NCBI RefSeq assembly: GCF_006345805.1
Contig: NC_043004.1
Location: forward strand, 76,198,001-76,262,000
Length of the DNA stretch: 64,000 nucleotides
Direction of reading: 5' to 3'
From: Octopus sinensis
Taxonomy: Eukaryota
The translations under genes were made by a program, and so were the position numbers. Of this stretch, positions 63,931 to 64,000 are shown one piece after another (the first letter of the stretch is position 1; every line of letters begins with the position of its first letter). The notes below the pieces were generated by a model, which had not been told where the DNA came from, made no database searches, and was given only the letters and a program-made list of their open reading frames with translations.

Positions 63931-64000
<70 letters not shown>
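63640..64000. repeat. Compound (GACA)/(GATA)/(CA) microsatellite
   Basis: Directly visible. Confidence 0.95.

Overview
Eukaryotic, repeat-saturated DNA. It is most likely from an octopus or other cephalopod (inference from the extreme microsatellite density and the tRNA-derived SINE families). I found no host-gene exon, rRNA, true tRNA or CRISPR array. Nearly all short ORFs in the track are microsatellite artefacts. The only intact coding unit is an apparently full-length CR1-clade LINE (~48291-52643, minus strand). It has a 296-aa ORF1 (Myb/SANT-like N-terminus plus CCCH finger), an overlapping 1034-aa endonuclease/RT ORF2, tandem 5'UTR monomers and an (AATC)n tail. Its 3' stem-loop is shared, with compensatory base-pair swaps, by the most abundant SINE in the window. 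Several minimal hammerhead-ribozyme motifs of the Penelope-associated type are present, including a family with a fixed A6U core change and a canonical one at the apex of a long inverted repeat. The rest is fossil or non-autonomous DNA transposons (hAT, Tigger/pogo, DD41D and other mariners, Helitron), R4/Dong fragments sitting in TAA repeats, RTE remnants, and four SINE families, one of which forms multimers. SINE letters A-D are my working labels. All alignments were done by eye, so boundaries of degenerate elements are approximate.
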